A stretch of 64,000 bases of DNA from Octopus sinensis (Eukaryota): positions 124,001 through 188,000 of the forward strand of contig NW_021832383.1 of NCBI RefSeq assembly GCF_006345805.1, written 5' to 3'. Both the position numbers and the translations under genes were made by a program. Below the pieces are notes generated by a model, which was given only the letters and a program-made list of their open reading frames with translations, made no database searches and was not told where the DNA came from. Below are positions 13,281 through 25,795 of the stretch, piece by piece. Positions within the stretch are counted from its first letter, which is position 1. Each line of letters starts with the position of its first letter.

Positions 13281-13902
13281 GGAACATATCTACAGCTAGG
13301 TACACTAGGCCACATCTCTTGCCTAAAGGAACATATCTACAGCTAGGTACACTAGGCCACATCTCTTGCCTAAAGGAACATATCTACAGCTAGGTACACT
13401 AGGCCACATCTCTTGCCTAAAGGAACATATCTACAGCTAGGTACACTAGGCCACATCTCTTGCCTAAAGGAACAATCTACAGCTAGGTACACTAGGCCAC
13501 ATCTCTTGCCTAAAGGAACATATCTACAGCTAGGTACACTAGGCACATCTCTTGCCTAAAGGAACATATCTACAGCTAGGTACACTAGGCCACATCTCTT
13601 GCCTAAAGGAACATATCTACAGCTAGGTACACTAGGCCACATCTCTTGCCTAAAGGAACATATCTACAGCTAGGTACACTAGGCCACATCTCTTGCCTAA
13701 AGGAACATCTACAGCTAGGTACACTAGGCCACATCTCTTGCCTAAAGGAACATATCTACAGCTAGGTACACTAGGCCACATCTCTTGCCTAAAGGAACAT
13801 ATCTACAGCTAGGTACACTAGGCCACATCTCTTGCCTAAAGGAACATATCTACAGCTAGGTACACTAGGCCACATCTCTTGCCTAAAGGAACATATTTAC
13901 AG
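13281..13902 (+). repeat. 47-bp minisatellite, about 13 copies
   Basis: Unit GGAACATATCTACAGCTAGGTACACTAGGCCACATCTCTTGCCTAAA, near-identical copies. Confidence 0.97.
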
Positions 13903-13994
13903 AGATGGACCCTTCAGCTGATTATTTATTGGACAATTTCAGCTCAACGACAAACAAAAAAAGGGGGAAAGAAAAAAAATTAAAAAATAAAAAC

Positions 13995-14168
13995 CTTGTG
14001 TCTGAATTGGATTGAAGAATGGGAACTTTTCACTGTAAAGAGCCTCAAAAATTGAATTTCGTAAAGCAGAAACAGGCAATGGTTGAAGATCGAGAAGTTC
14101 TGTGGCAGGAGGGTACCGTTCTGGCAGGATCAGGTGGCGAAATGATACTGGCAATTGAGTTTCAGCAC
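13995..14168 (-). CDS. SNRNP200: SNRNP200 exon 28
   Basis: [32 protein letters not shown]...FNPIQTQ. Confidence 0.95.
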
Positions 14169-14447
14169 CTGGGAATTAAAGAAAAACACAACTGGAGCAA
14201 AGGTATTTGTGGAATGTTCAATAACGGACATATAATGCGCAGAGTTGATAGTCACTCAGAAGGTTGCAAAAAAGAAACGAAAGAACTTTGACAGAAAAAT
14301 TGGATATTTTATAAATGAGTAGAATTGAACCAGTGTGTTAATTATATTGGCATGATGACCCTCCCTAGACACAAAAAAGTTTGTTTCAACACACCAATTC
14401 ACACAAAGAATCTTGCAAACTAGATAGAAAAACAGAGAAGGACTTAC

Positions 14448-14548
14448 CAATCCATCTATCTGATATGACTTTGATGAAATACTGTGGCGGAAGAGGTTCA
14501 AATACAGGAACAAAGAACTTCACCACATGTTCATCTTGGTTGAATTTG
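14448..14548 (-). CDS. SNRNP200: SNRNP200 exon 27
   Basis: [33 protein letters not shown]. Confidence 0.95.
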
Positions 14549-16159
14549 CTAAATGGAATGGAAAAATCCCTTGATTATTTTTACAGAATTGGAAATAACT
14601 TGAATATTCTTTACAGATTAGAAAATACCTTGATGACACCTGCTATCCATGTGTTTCCAGATTGAAGAAAAACATTATTGAAATATAACAGATTCGTTTC
14701 TTTTTACTTTTTCTTTTCCATGGCATCATGGGTTAGACACAAATATATTATTGATGCATTGTTTTACAGATGGATGCCTTTCCTGTCATTAATCTACAAA
14801 AGTTTTTCAAAACGTCATTGAATTTTTCAAGTTCTAATGGGAAAGAAAGGTGAGGGTAGATGTTCCTTCTTGAGCCATCCCTGGCTCATAAGGGCCAGTT
14901 TCCCGGTTTCCTTGACGTATAGGTTCCCCACCTGGATGGGACGCCGGTCCGTCACAGGTGAGCTGCAAGATGCAGGAGGAGAGAGTGAGAGAAGGTTGTG
15001 GCGAAAGAGTCAGCAGAAGTTCGCCATTACCTTCTGCCGGAGTCGCGTGGAGCTTAGGTGTTTCGCTCATAAACAGTCACATCGCCCGGTCTGAGACTCG
15101 AACCCGCTGCTCTAACCACTAGGCCATGTGCCTCTACTGAGGGTAGATGTAGAGCTGCAGTAACACAGCAATGAAAATAGCAAGAATGAATGGATCTATT
15201 CTCAGCATGCATCTGTAGGTCAAAGTGATCCTGGGCCCGTAGGGTTTCTTGAGTGGCCCTAGATGGAGGTCAATGTTTTGTGGCATTTCGTTTGTCGTTA
15301 TGTTTTGAGTTCAAGTTCCGCCAAGGTTGACTTTTTCATCCTTTTGGGGTTGATAAAATAAGTCGTTGTCATGGCCAATGACAGTACCGCCTGATTGGCA
15401 AATAAAAAGCACCACTCGAGCGTGGTTAATGCCAGTGCCGCTTGACTGGCTCCCGTGCTCATGGCATGTAAAAAGTACCATTTGAGTGTGGTCGATGCCA
15501 GTGGCACATAAAAAGCACCACTTGAGCATGGTTGTTGCCAGTGCTGCTAGACTGGCTCCTGCGCTGGTTGCACGTAAAAAGCACCACTTGAGCATGGTTG
15601 ATGCCAGTGCTGCTTGACTGGCTCCTGTGCTGGTTGCACGTAAAAAGCACCATTTGAGCGTGGTTGTTGCCAGTACTGCCTGACTGGCCCTTGTACCGGT
15701 GGCCTGTAAAAAGCACCCACTACACTCTTGGAGTGGTTGGCGCCAAGAAGGGCATCCAGCTGTAGAAACATTGCCAGATCAGATTTGAGCCTGGTGCAGC
15801 CTCCCGGCTCGCCAGCCCATACAACCCATACCAGTATGGAAATCCGATGTTAAACGACGATGATGATAAAAATAAATACCAGTTCAGTACTGGGGTTGAT
15901 ATAATTGACTTACCTCCTACCCCGAAATTGCTAACTTTCTGCCAAAATTTGAAATCAATATTATAATTATTTGGTTCAATCTGGCAAAATCTTTAGCAGG
16001 CCAGACAAAATGCTTAGCAGCATTTCATTTGTATTACAAAGGATGTAAGGGAAAACCATAATCACTGATATGATGAATCTAGCTACAATTACAGCTCCAG
16101 AGCCTGGATTCTACATGGTCAGCTGGTGCCAATGTTAACTTGACTTGACCTGAGACAGC

Positions 16160-16520
16160 ATTCACCTGGGGTGGGTTGAGCTGGCTTCATTCATCCTCAA
16201 TGCTGCATCTCTCACAAACGCCGACCAGGCCTGGCGATTTGAGGCTAACGACCGAGTGATCTCCAACCACTCCTTATTCCAGCGGCGAACGCTGTAGATA
16301 TGGGGGCCTAGGTTGGGTTCCAGATCAGCCTTGACTGTCATCAGCCAGGTTTTTTGTTGTCCACCACATCGCTTTGGCCAACCTTGAAGGGGAGCTGGGG
16401 GCAATTGCTTCGTAGATGAATTCTCCTGGTTGACGACGGAGGGCATGACCTAGCCAACGCAGACGTCTCGTTAGAATGACTTGTCGGAGGCAGGTGATTT
16501 TGCAATGGTGTCGCACCAAA
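16160..16520 (-). mobile_element. RTE-type LINE 3' fragment
   Basis: RRLRWLGHALRR...GGQQKTW...LASNRQAWSAFVRDA. Confidence 0.7.
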
Positions 16521-16647
16521 TTGTTGGAGACAAAGTGATGTTAACTTTAACGACAGCAATTATTGTCCTACCCATGCCAGCATGGAAGACGGATATTAAA
16601 CAATGATGATGATGATGATGAGGAATTTTTGAGTTGATTTCCATTTA

Positions 16648-16791
<144 letters not shown>

Positions 16792-17004
16792 CTAAAAAAT
16801 TACTTTACACACACATTTGCAAACATTCTGTTATTATCCTTTCTTCTATAGGCACAAGGGCTGAAACTTGGGGGAGGGGCACAAAAACACACACAGATAT
16901 ATAGTGTGTGCGTATATATATATATATATATATATATACACTATCGCCATGATAGATCGGTAGCCACTACACATTTTTTTCTCTCCTTATTTCTTTCTGT
17001 GCTC

Positions 17005-17040
17005 CTTTCTGTAGAAGAGCGTAGGCTCGAAATGTAAAAG
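17005..17040 (+). ncRNA. Hammerhead-like motif, family A copy 2 (element about 16940-17129)
   Basis: CUUU-CUGUAGA-A-GAGC(GUAG)GCUC-GAAA-UG-UA-AAAG. Confidence 0.55.
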
Positions 17041-17128
17041 ACTTTTTCAATTCCTGAGCGTTATACTAATACATCTGTTTGTTTTCTACACCATCTGTCT
17101 GTGTCATGTTTTTTTCGTGAATTCTCCC

Positions 17129-17166
<38 letters not shown>

Positions 17167-17469
17167 ATATTATATATATATATATGTCATCATCATCATC
17201 AACATATGACGATGACACGCTTCTCCTCAGTTTCTGTCAACTAAATCTACTGACAAGGCTTTGGCTGGCCTGAGGCTGTAGTTGAAAACACCTGCCCAAG
17301 CTGCCACGCAGTGGGATTGAACCTGGAGCCATGTGGTTGACGAGCAAGCTTCTTGGTGCTGGGTAGTAGGACTGAACCCATGACCACATGGTTGGAAAGC
17401 AAACTTCTTAACTACACAGCCATGCCTGCACTTACATATGCTGTTGAATATAATAAGTGAAAGACTCAC

Positions 17470-17761
17470 CTCAGAGTGGCCATGAACCTTCTCTTCCCAT
17501 TGGAAATCAGGAGTGATGGTCAGTTCGACTTTGAGGGTGGACCGCGTGATTGGTTGGATATGAACCGAAAGTTCCAGTTTGGGAAACTGGTGCACATATT
17601 TGTGGATGGTCTTGCCCATTTTTGGCATTCGTATGAACTCACCAATTTCGTTAGGGTTCAAATCATACAGACGGTCAAAGGGGAAATTTTTCTTCTCTAT
17701 TTTTTTAATTACTTCCTCAGGAATTTTCCGGAACTGACGCAGAGGGCTCATGGATTGCCAC
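17470..17761 (-). CDS. SNRNP200: SNRNP200 exon 25
   Basis: [16 protein letters not shown]...[14 protein letters not shown]. Confidence 0.96.
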
Positions 17762-18687
17762 CTGGAATGAAAAACAAAACATCAGTTAGTCTAGCCCTTT
17801 TACCATTCAAGGTACTTTGTCAAATCTAACGCTTATCTATTCACATTGTTTTGAATTAATCAACTGTTATCTCATAGGTTTGGAATTTCAATGATGTGAT
17901 GGTTTATTTTTAGAATGACATTGTAGGATAGGTGTGAGAGGCCAGGCTGGTTTAACCCTTTAACATTCAGATTACTCTGTCAAACGTGATGCTTATTTAT
18001 CCACATTGTTTTCAATGAATCATGTATTATCTATTTCATTGCTTCAAGATTTTTATGTGACTGTTTATATTTAGAATGACATTGTAGGGTAGGTGGAAAA
18101 GGTTGGATCTGGCTAGTCTGAACATAAAACAGGTAGAATATTTGAACTGACTGGCCTCCGTGCCGGTGGCACGTAAAAAGCACCATCTGATCGTGGTCGT
18201 TTCCCAGCCTCGTCTGGCCCCCGTGCCGGTGGCACATAAAAGGCACCATCCAATCGTGGCTGTTTCCCAGCCTCGTCTGGCACCTGTGCAGGTGGCACGT
18301 AAAAAGCACCCACTACACTCACGGAGTGGTTGGCGTTAGGAAGGGCATCCAGCTGTAGAAATACTGCCAGATCAGACTGGGCCTGGTGCAGACTTCTGGC
18401 TTCCCAGACCCCAATCAAACCGTCCAACCCATGGAAAGCGGACGTTAAACGATGATGATGATATGGCCAGATTAATTAGTAAAGGCTTAATAAGACAAAA
18501 TAAGCAAAGGTTTTCTATATTTTCTAGGAGCAGGAGGTTCATTTTTGCCAGCTGAGTGGACTGCAGCAATGTGAAATAAAGTGTCTTGCTCAAGGACACA
18601 ACAAACTTTGTGATTGGAAACTGAACAGCCGAACCACTAAGCCATGCACCTTCGCTTAATAAAACAAATTAATGAATCTCAACTTAC

Positions 18688-18878
18688 ATTCTTTTGTCAA
18701 CCATCTTGCAGAGTGTGAGGGCTTTGTCGACCAACTGGGCCCAGCCGTGATGTAAGACTATCTCAAAAATGGCTCTCATGAGCCGGCCGGCCGACTGAGT
18801 GATAAATACCATGTCAGCCATCAACGCAAAGCCTTCCAGTTTCAATTGTGAGATGTAGGCTTGTAGCAGGACATTCAC
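18688..18878 (-). CDS. SNRNP200: SNRNP200 exon 24 (Sec63)
   Basis: [41 protein letters not shown]...KMVDKR. Confidence 0.96.
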
Positions 18879-18989
18879 CTGAAAGAGACGAAAGAAAACC
18901 AAGGGCGATCAAATGAAGGTGGAAATACTGAATTAATTATGAGACACATTATTTACATTTGATGGATATTTGTCCTCATCTTGTTTGTT

Positions 18990-19035
18990 AACACAATGTT
19001 TCGGCTGATATACCCTCCAGCCTTCATCAGGTGTC
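18990..19035 (-). ncRNA. Minimal type-I hammerhead ribozyme motif (Penelope-type)
   Basis: GACAC-CUGAUGA-A-GGCUG(GAGGGUAUAU)CAGCC-GAAA-CA-UU-GUGUU. Confidence 0.72.
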
Positions 19036-19308
19036 TTGAGAAAATTTCAAACCTGGGTTCTCATTCCTAAGGTATTTTTTTATATCATTATTATTCAGGT
19101 CACTGTCTGGAATCAAACTCGGAATCTTGGGGTTAATAGCCTGCGCTCTTAACCACTACACCATATAGTTTGGTTAAGAGTATAGTGGTTAAGAGCGTGG
19201 GCTACTAACCCCAAGATTTCGAGTTCGATTCCAGGCAGTAACCTGAATAATAATAATAACATCAAAAAATACCTTAGGAATGAGAACCCAGGTTTGAAAT
19301 TTCCCCAA

Positions 19309-19354
19309 GACACCTGATGAAGGCTGGAGGGTATATCAGCTGAAACATTATGTT
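19309..19354 (+). ncRNA. Minimal type-I hammerhead ribozyme motif (mirror copy)
   Basis: GACAC-CUGAUGA-A-GGCUG(GAGGGUAUAU)CAGCU-GAAA-CA-UU-AUGUU. Confidence 0.68.
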
Positions 19355-20133
19355 AACAACAAACAAGATGAGGACAAATATCTGTCAAATGTAAATAATG
19401 TACATAATTCCACATCTCTTAAATATAGAACTGTAAATATGAGGCAGTTTAAAAAATGGGAAAGTGGATGTTACACAAATATTAGATCAGAAAAATACCA
19501 ATAGTGATCAATCAGACCAGCTCAGATATTTTTCAGCTCAAAATTTCAGTATTAGTCACAATTGTAAAATCAAGTTCCATCATAACAACCCAAAACCTAG
19601 CACCTGATGCATCATCACTGTGTTTTTTTATGTCTATTTTTCTATGCTTGCATGGGTTAGATGTAATTCCACCGAGACTGATTTTCTACAACTGGATGCT
19701 CTTCCTGTCACCAACATTCCCCTTCTGCTGAACAAAGTAATATTTTCTCTTAGTCTGGACATGGTTTCACAGGACATTACAGACAAATAGCATCAGTTGC
19801 CTGCCGATGATGTTTGTTTACAATCAGTATGTAATATTTCAAAATAAGGAGATGGAAATAGACAAATACACACATATTTATATATATATATATATATATA
19901 TATTAATTTCTTTACTACCCACAAGGGGCTAAACAAGGACAGACAAAGGGATTAAGTCGATTCCATCGACCCCAGTGCGTAACTGGTACTTAATTTATCG
20001 ACCCCGAAAGGATGAAAGGCAAAGTCAACCTCAGCGGAATTTGAACTCAGAACGTAACGGCAGACGAAATACGGCTACCGTTTCTGCCAGCTCGCCACCT
20101 TCATATATATATATAATGTTTCTCTCTGTGTAT

Positions 20134-20192
20134 ATTCCACTGATGAGGCAAAGCATTCCTAAATGCAAAGCCAGAAATCCGGGATCTGGAAT
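20134..20192 (+). ncRNA. Type-I hammerhead ribozyme motif in a (TA)n-flanked element (about 20115-20330)
   Basis: AUUCCA-CUGAUGA-GGC(...)GCC-A-GAAA-UCCGGGA-UC-UGGAAU. Confidence 0.7.
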
Positions 20193-20736
20193 TATCCAGT
20201 AATTTTTTACTAGTTTTATTTTGTCTTCTCTCCGTGTGCTATATGAACACTTAAAGTGGTTTTAGAGTCAGATCATGGCTACTATTTTCAGCATGGCAGT
20301 ATCTCGTAGATACCCTAAGTTATAATTTTATATATATATATATATATAGTAATAAGATCCAAGGATCTAAGAGTAGGAAGTTTGTACTCTTCTCTGTGAA
20401 AGCATAGTCATAACCGATGCCAGTAGCACATAAAAGCACCCATTACACTCTTGGAGTGGTAGGCATTAAGAATGGCATTCAGCCATAGAATGCCGTGCCG
20501 AACCAGACTGGATCTTGGTGCAGCTGTCTGGCTTACCAGTTCCAGTCAAACTGTCCCACCCATGCCAGCATGGAAAGCAGACACAAAATGATGAAGATGA
20601 CGAGCAGTCTGTTTCGTGCTTTTAAGATATTTTAAAGGTTTTTAAGGTATTCAAAGTATTTTAAGGTTTTACTTTGAGCAGTTTGAAAGCTTGGAGTAGG
20701 AAACATATGCAGCCTGAATTTTACCTGCCACAATTT

Positions 20737-20769
<33 letters not shown>

Positions 20770-20820
20770 TCGTTAGCCACTACACACATTTTTTTTCTCT
20801 CCTTGTTTTTTTCTGTGTCC

Positions 20821-20856
20821 CTTTCTGTAGAAGAGCGTAGGCTTGAAACGTAAAAG
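20821..20856 (+). ncRNA. Hammerhead-like motif, family A copy 3 (element about 20767-20947)
   Basis: CUUU-CUGUAGA-A-GAGC(GUAG)GCUU-GAAA-CG-UA-AAAG. Confidence 0.55.
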
Positions 20857-20960
20857 ACTTTTTCTATTCCTGAGCGTTATACTAATACATCTGTTTGTTT
20901 TGTACACCACCTGTCTTCATCTTTCCTTTTTTTCGTAAACTCTCCCTATATATATATATA

Positions 20961-21146
20961 TTAAATTAGAGATAAAACCACTATTAGGCAAATCAAACAA
21001 TGAAAAACGTAAGCCAATACATAAAATTAATTAATTTATATTATTTTTTGATATATATTTAAAATAATATAAATTAATTAATTTTATGTATTGGCTTACG
21101 ATTTCATTGTTTGATTTGCCTAATAGTGGTTTTATCTCTAATTTAA
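20961..21146. repeat. AT-rich palindrome (about 86-bp arms) in (TA)n
   Basis: TTAAATTAGAGATAAAACCACTATTAGGC.../...GCCTAATAGTGGTTTTATCTCTAATTTAA. Confidence 0.9.
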
Positions 21147-21427
21147 TATATAATATAATATTTTACTATAAAATTGGATTCAATCCTAAATCTGATTTTT
21201 CCCTGTAAGTTTGGATTTATTCCCTAATATTTTATATATATATATATATATATATACATACACACATACATATATTAGTTCAAATTTACAAAAAACAAAA
21301 GACGAAGACAGGTGTAGGAACAAGTATGTGCATTAGAAATAGATAGACAGGAAAACAGAGGGGGTGGGTGGAGAGAGAGAGTATGCAAGATAGACACAGC
21401 TTCAACAAATGAAAAGATGACACTTAC

Positions 21428-21508
21428 CTTGGCACTGGGTTCTTCAATACTTTCCTTGATTGGAATCGGCACACGTTCAAGAAGCTTTAGCAATTCCAGT
21501 TTTTCTTC
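21428..21508 (-). CDS. SNRNP200: SNRNP200 exon 23
   Basis: [27 protein letters not shown]. Confidence 0.96.
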
Positions 21509-22200
21509 CTGCAAAAATAATAATGAGGATGATGATGATAAAATACTTTAAATAAACCAAACTATATTAAAAAAAAAACAACTTTTGTTCAAGCTTGCAT
21601 GAAAGAAATGGCTTACATGTTGGAGCAATTACTGTTACAGTTCGGTGTCCTTCCTACAAGCTATTCAACCATAGAGAATAAATGCCTTTTATCCTGTTTA
21701 GTCAGGCAAATCAAGGCAAGCAGAGTTATGTACCTTACAATATTTGTTCCAAATTTTGGCAACAATTTTCAGGGGAACAGATAAATCAATTCCATTGACC
21801 CTCAGTGCACACCTGGTACTTATTTTACTGACCCTGGCAGCATTTGAACTCAAAACAAAGTCTGAAGAAATGCGGCTAAGCATATTCTCTCATCATCATC
21901 ATTGTTCGACCGTGGTCGAGACAATGGAATTTACCATGCTACGCCAGACTTCACGGTCCATCATGGCATTACGGAGGTCCTGTTGCTGGATGCCTGTATC
22001 CCTGGAGATTACATCAGGGTAGGAGAGTGTGCGCCCTTTGTGGTAACAATTCTTCCAGATCGCTGCCTTCAATCTTACTCATGATATTAACAGTGTCTCA
22101 CGACAGACTTTTTGTTCTGATGTTTCAATGTGGAAGGGAAGAGAAACCCAAAGAACAACAAAAACTAATAATGGAAATAAAAGACAAGACCAATAATCAC

Positions 22201-22353
22201 CTCACGGACTGTGATGTTTCTGAATTCCGAAGACAACGAGAAAACCCTGAAGAGTTCGATTTCGCTAAGAGTTTGTTTCAAAAGTTGGTTGTATGTTGCC
22301 ATAGTTTCATGACTACAATAGAAATGGCTAGCAATACGACCAAGCTCCGTTAC
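22201..22353 (-). CDS. SNRNP200: SNRNP200 exon 22
   Basis: [26 protein letters not shown]...[10 protein letters not shown]. Confidence 0.96.
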
Positions 22354-23689
22354 CTGAAAGAAGAAAAGAAAAAAAAAAAATTTAAAACAAAATCAAAGAA
22401 TTCAAGGCATCGTTTCCAAAGGAGTTATTTAAATTTTAACCCTCAAGCATTTAAAACTGGCCATATCCACGCTCCTAACATTCTACCTATTTTATGATGG
22501 AACTTACCAGATCTGGTTTCTTACATCTACCCTGCAATGTCATTCTAAAAGCATATACAACCACATCATCAAATTTTCGAAGCTATGAGACAATGTATGA
22601 TTAATACAAAACAATATTAAGAAATACGTATTACATTTGACAGAGTAATTTGAATGCTAAAGGGTTAATCCAATACAATTCAGACCTATGAAATCCTCTT
22701 GTGCAAAGCAAAGACCTTCAACTTACTGTAAACATTTATTGGTAAGAACATGCGGAAATTTTCATCACTTGAAACTGCAACCTGTTCTCTTGACCTAAAA
22801 AGTTTGCTAAAACCTCGTTCGAAAATAAATCCGGAATCACAATAAATTGGTCTGATAACTGAATGAGAGTAATTTTGACCAAAGTGAGTTTCATTTGGCT
22901 TTTGTTAATATCAATGGGCAAGACCATTGCCAGTACCACCAAACTGGTCCTCGTGCCGGTGGCATGTAAAAGCACCCACTACACTCTCAGAGTGGTTGGC
23001 GTTAGGAAGGGCATCCAGCTGTAGAAACTCTGCCAGATCAGATTGGAGTCTGGTTCGCCAGGCCTCAGTCAAATCGTCCAACCCATGCTAGCATGGAAAG
23101 CGGACGTTAAACGATGATGATGATGATACACTGGAGTAAATTTGGTACCTGAGTATCGTTTATCTGTATACTCCTAGCATTAATCTACAAACTCAACTGA
23201 GTATCGTTTATCTCAGTACTTCTGATGTTAATTCATAAACTCCAACATCATCATCATCATCGTTTAACGTCCGCTTTCCATGCTAGCATGGGTTGGACGG
23301 TTCAACTGGGGTCTGGGAAGCCAGGAGGCTGCACCAAGCCCAGTCTGATCTGGCTGTGTTTCTACAGCTGGATGCCCTTCCTTACGCCAACCACTCCGTG
23401 AGTGTAGTGGGTGCTTTTTACGTGCCAGACAAGGCTGGCAATGGCCCCCAAGTGAATAATTAGTTTTAGACAACTGATACATAAACGATCTAAGACTGTA
23501 TGTATGGTTTTGACAGCACTGAAGCTGAATAAGGCCCAACTTGTTGGAAATCAGAATTTTTTGGTCATTGGACCTGTTTAAGCTCAGAAATATTTCAGTG
23601 CAAGATAAAGCATTGATACATTGCTATTTGTTCATTAGATAAGAAATTGGTGTCCATTCCTGCAAAGGAATAAGACTCGAAAGACTCAC

Positions 23690-23971
23690 CTGAAAATTTC
23701 CAGTTTTACGGTCATATTTCATCAAATTGTGTTTGTCGAGTAAAGACGCAGCTGAGTGGACGAGGTCTTTCCGTCTTTGTTCTAAGACAGGATCGTCTTT
23801 CTGGTGGTCAATACTAACACCATAAAGAGGGCCAGAACGCAGCATGCGGATATAGAGGTATGTGTAGCCGAGCCAATTAATGGCTTCTTTCATGTTCTGG
23901 ACGGTGCCAAGGACCACTTCAGCATTGAGATTATCGGCAAGCTTTGTAATGAACTGGCTTTCAATTGGCAA
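23690..23971 (-). CDS. SNRNP200: SNRNP200 exon 21 (winged helix)
   Basis: [22 protein letters not shown]...YDRKTGNFQ. Confidence 0.96.
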
Positions 23972-24304
23972 CTAGAAAAAAAACAAAAAAACAAATAAAA
24001 TAAACATATAATTATTTGGAAGGATTTTTACTACAATGAAATAAACGAATTATAGCTGTCATCATCATCGTTTAACATCCGCTTTCCATGCTAGCATGGG
24101 TTTGACGGTTCAACTGGGGTCTGAGAAGCCAGGAGGCTGCACAAGGCCCAGGCTGATCTGGCAATGTTACTACGGCTGGATGCCCTTCCTAACGCCAACC
24201 ACTCCGTGAGTGTAGTGGGTGCTTTTTACGTGCCAGACGAAGCTGGCAATGGCCACGATCGGATGGTGCTTTTTACGTGCCACTGTGACTATTATTATTA
24301 TTAT

Positions 24305-24635
24305 TCCACAAAATGGCACTTTCTGTAGGTTGACAATGCCAGTTTCAATTCCAACATCTTTCAGCATCTTAGGTAGCATTTTGGGCATGATGCCAAGTTC
24401 ACCATTACCACAAGGACAATTGTCATGTTAGTCTTCCACAAACACTTCATCTCTCTGGACTAGTTCCAGTAATTTCTCAATTTCTTTGGCACTTACTCAA
24501 TTATTGCAAGGCATTGTAAAGTCTATGATCTTACACACTATTTATTTCTTTGGTCTTCTGTAATTATATATGATCTTTTTGCTTCAATAGTGTGGACAAA
24601 CTTTGTAGAGAAATCCTATAAAATCTTGTAATCAT
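24305..24635 (-). mobile_element. Degenerate R4/Dong-like (REL endonuclease) LINE 3' fragment
   Basis: YKIL*DFS...IEAKRS...CKIIDF...KEIEK...VVMVNLA...LQKV pattern, heavily decayed. Confidence 0.45.
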
Positions 24636-25690
24636 TATTATCATTATTAAGGTGGCGTGCTGATAGAACCGTTAGCACACAAAATGAAATGCTTAGTGGT
24701 ATTTCGCCTGCCTCCAAGTTCAGGGTTCCAATTCCTCCAAGGTTGACTTTGCCATTCATCCTTTCGGGGTCAATAAAATAAGTACCAGTGAAACACTGGG
24801 GTCAATGTAATCGACTATCCCCCACCCCTCCCCACAAAATTTCAGGCCTTGCACCTATAGTAGAGAGTATAATAATAATTATTCATTGTAAACCTAGCTG
24901 AAGTCAACATTGTCTTTTATCCATTTCATACAATTTCTTGCCAGTACCGCCTGACTGGCCCTGTGCCGGTGACACACTCTCGGAGTGGTTGGCATTAGGA
25001 AGGGCATCCAACTGTAGAAACTCTGCCAGATCAAGATTGGTGCAGCCATCTGGTTCGCCAGTCCTCAGTCATTTGTCCAACCCATGCTAGCATGGAAAGC
25101 GGACGTTAAACGATGATGATGATGATGATGATGGCATTAAGACAAATATAATGTTTTCTAACCTAACTAATTAACTATATTAACCCTTTCGTTACCAACC
25201 CGGCCAAAACCGGCTCTGGCTCTGTAGTATAAATGTCTTGTTTTCATTAGTTTTTCATTAAAATATACCAGCAAACCTTAGTTGCAATTTATGTTCCTAA
25301 CACTAGCTTAATGATAACTAAGTTATTTTACTAAATTCTTTGTTATATTTAAAATAATTGAAAGAAACACAGAGCATCTCAAAATAAATATGGTAACAAA
25401 AGGGTTAAAATACATAATAGAGAAACAATTCTTAACCCTTTTGATACCAACCTGGCTGAAACCACCTCTGGCTCTGTAGTACAAGTGTCTTGTTTTTATA
25501 AGTTTTGAATCTTCCACCAAACCTTAGTCACAATTTATGTTCCTAACACTAGCTGAATGATAAGTAAGTTATTTTACTAAATTCATTGTTATATTTAAAA
25601 TAACTGAAAGAAACACAGAGCATCTCAAAATAAATACATTAACAAAAGGGTTAAGAGATGTGAGGAAAAGAAACCCCACCAAATCCTTAC

Positions 25691-25795
25691 CTGTTGGTTC
25701 ATGAGTGAAAGGTAATATTGAAGTTCGCTATGGTTTGTTATCATGATACCTTCTCCTCTTGTGTCATATTGGGGCCGACCTGCTCGACCAAGCAT
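25691..25795 (-). CDS. SNRNP200: SNRNP200 exon 20 (motif VI)
   Basis: [35 protein letters not shown]. Confidence 0.96.

Larger units (their letters stand above)
18946..19401. mobile_element. Head-to-head palindrome of a tRNA-headed, hammerhead-bearing short element
   Basis: Arms 18946-19158 and 19183-19401; A/B-box-like head (TAGTGGTTAAG...GAGTTCGATTCC) at the centre. Confidence 0.85.

Noticed and set aside
13281-13902. CRISPR-like regular repeat
   Set aside because: Head-to-tail units with no unique spacers, no cas genes, and a eukaryotic intron context.
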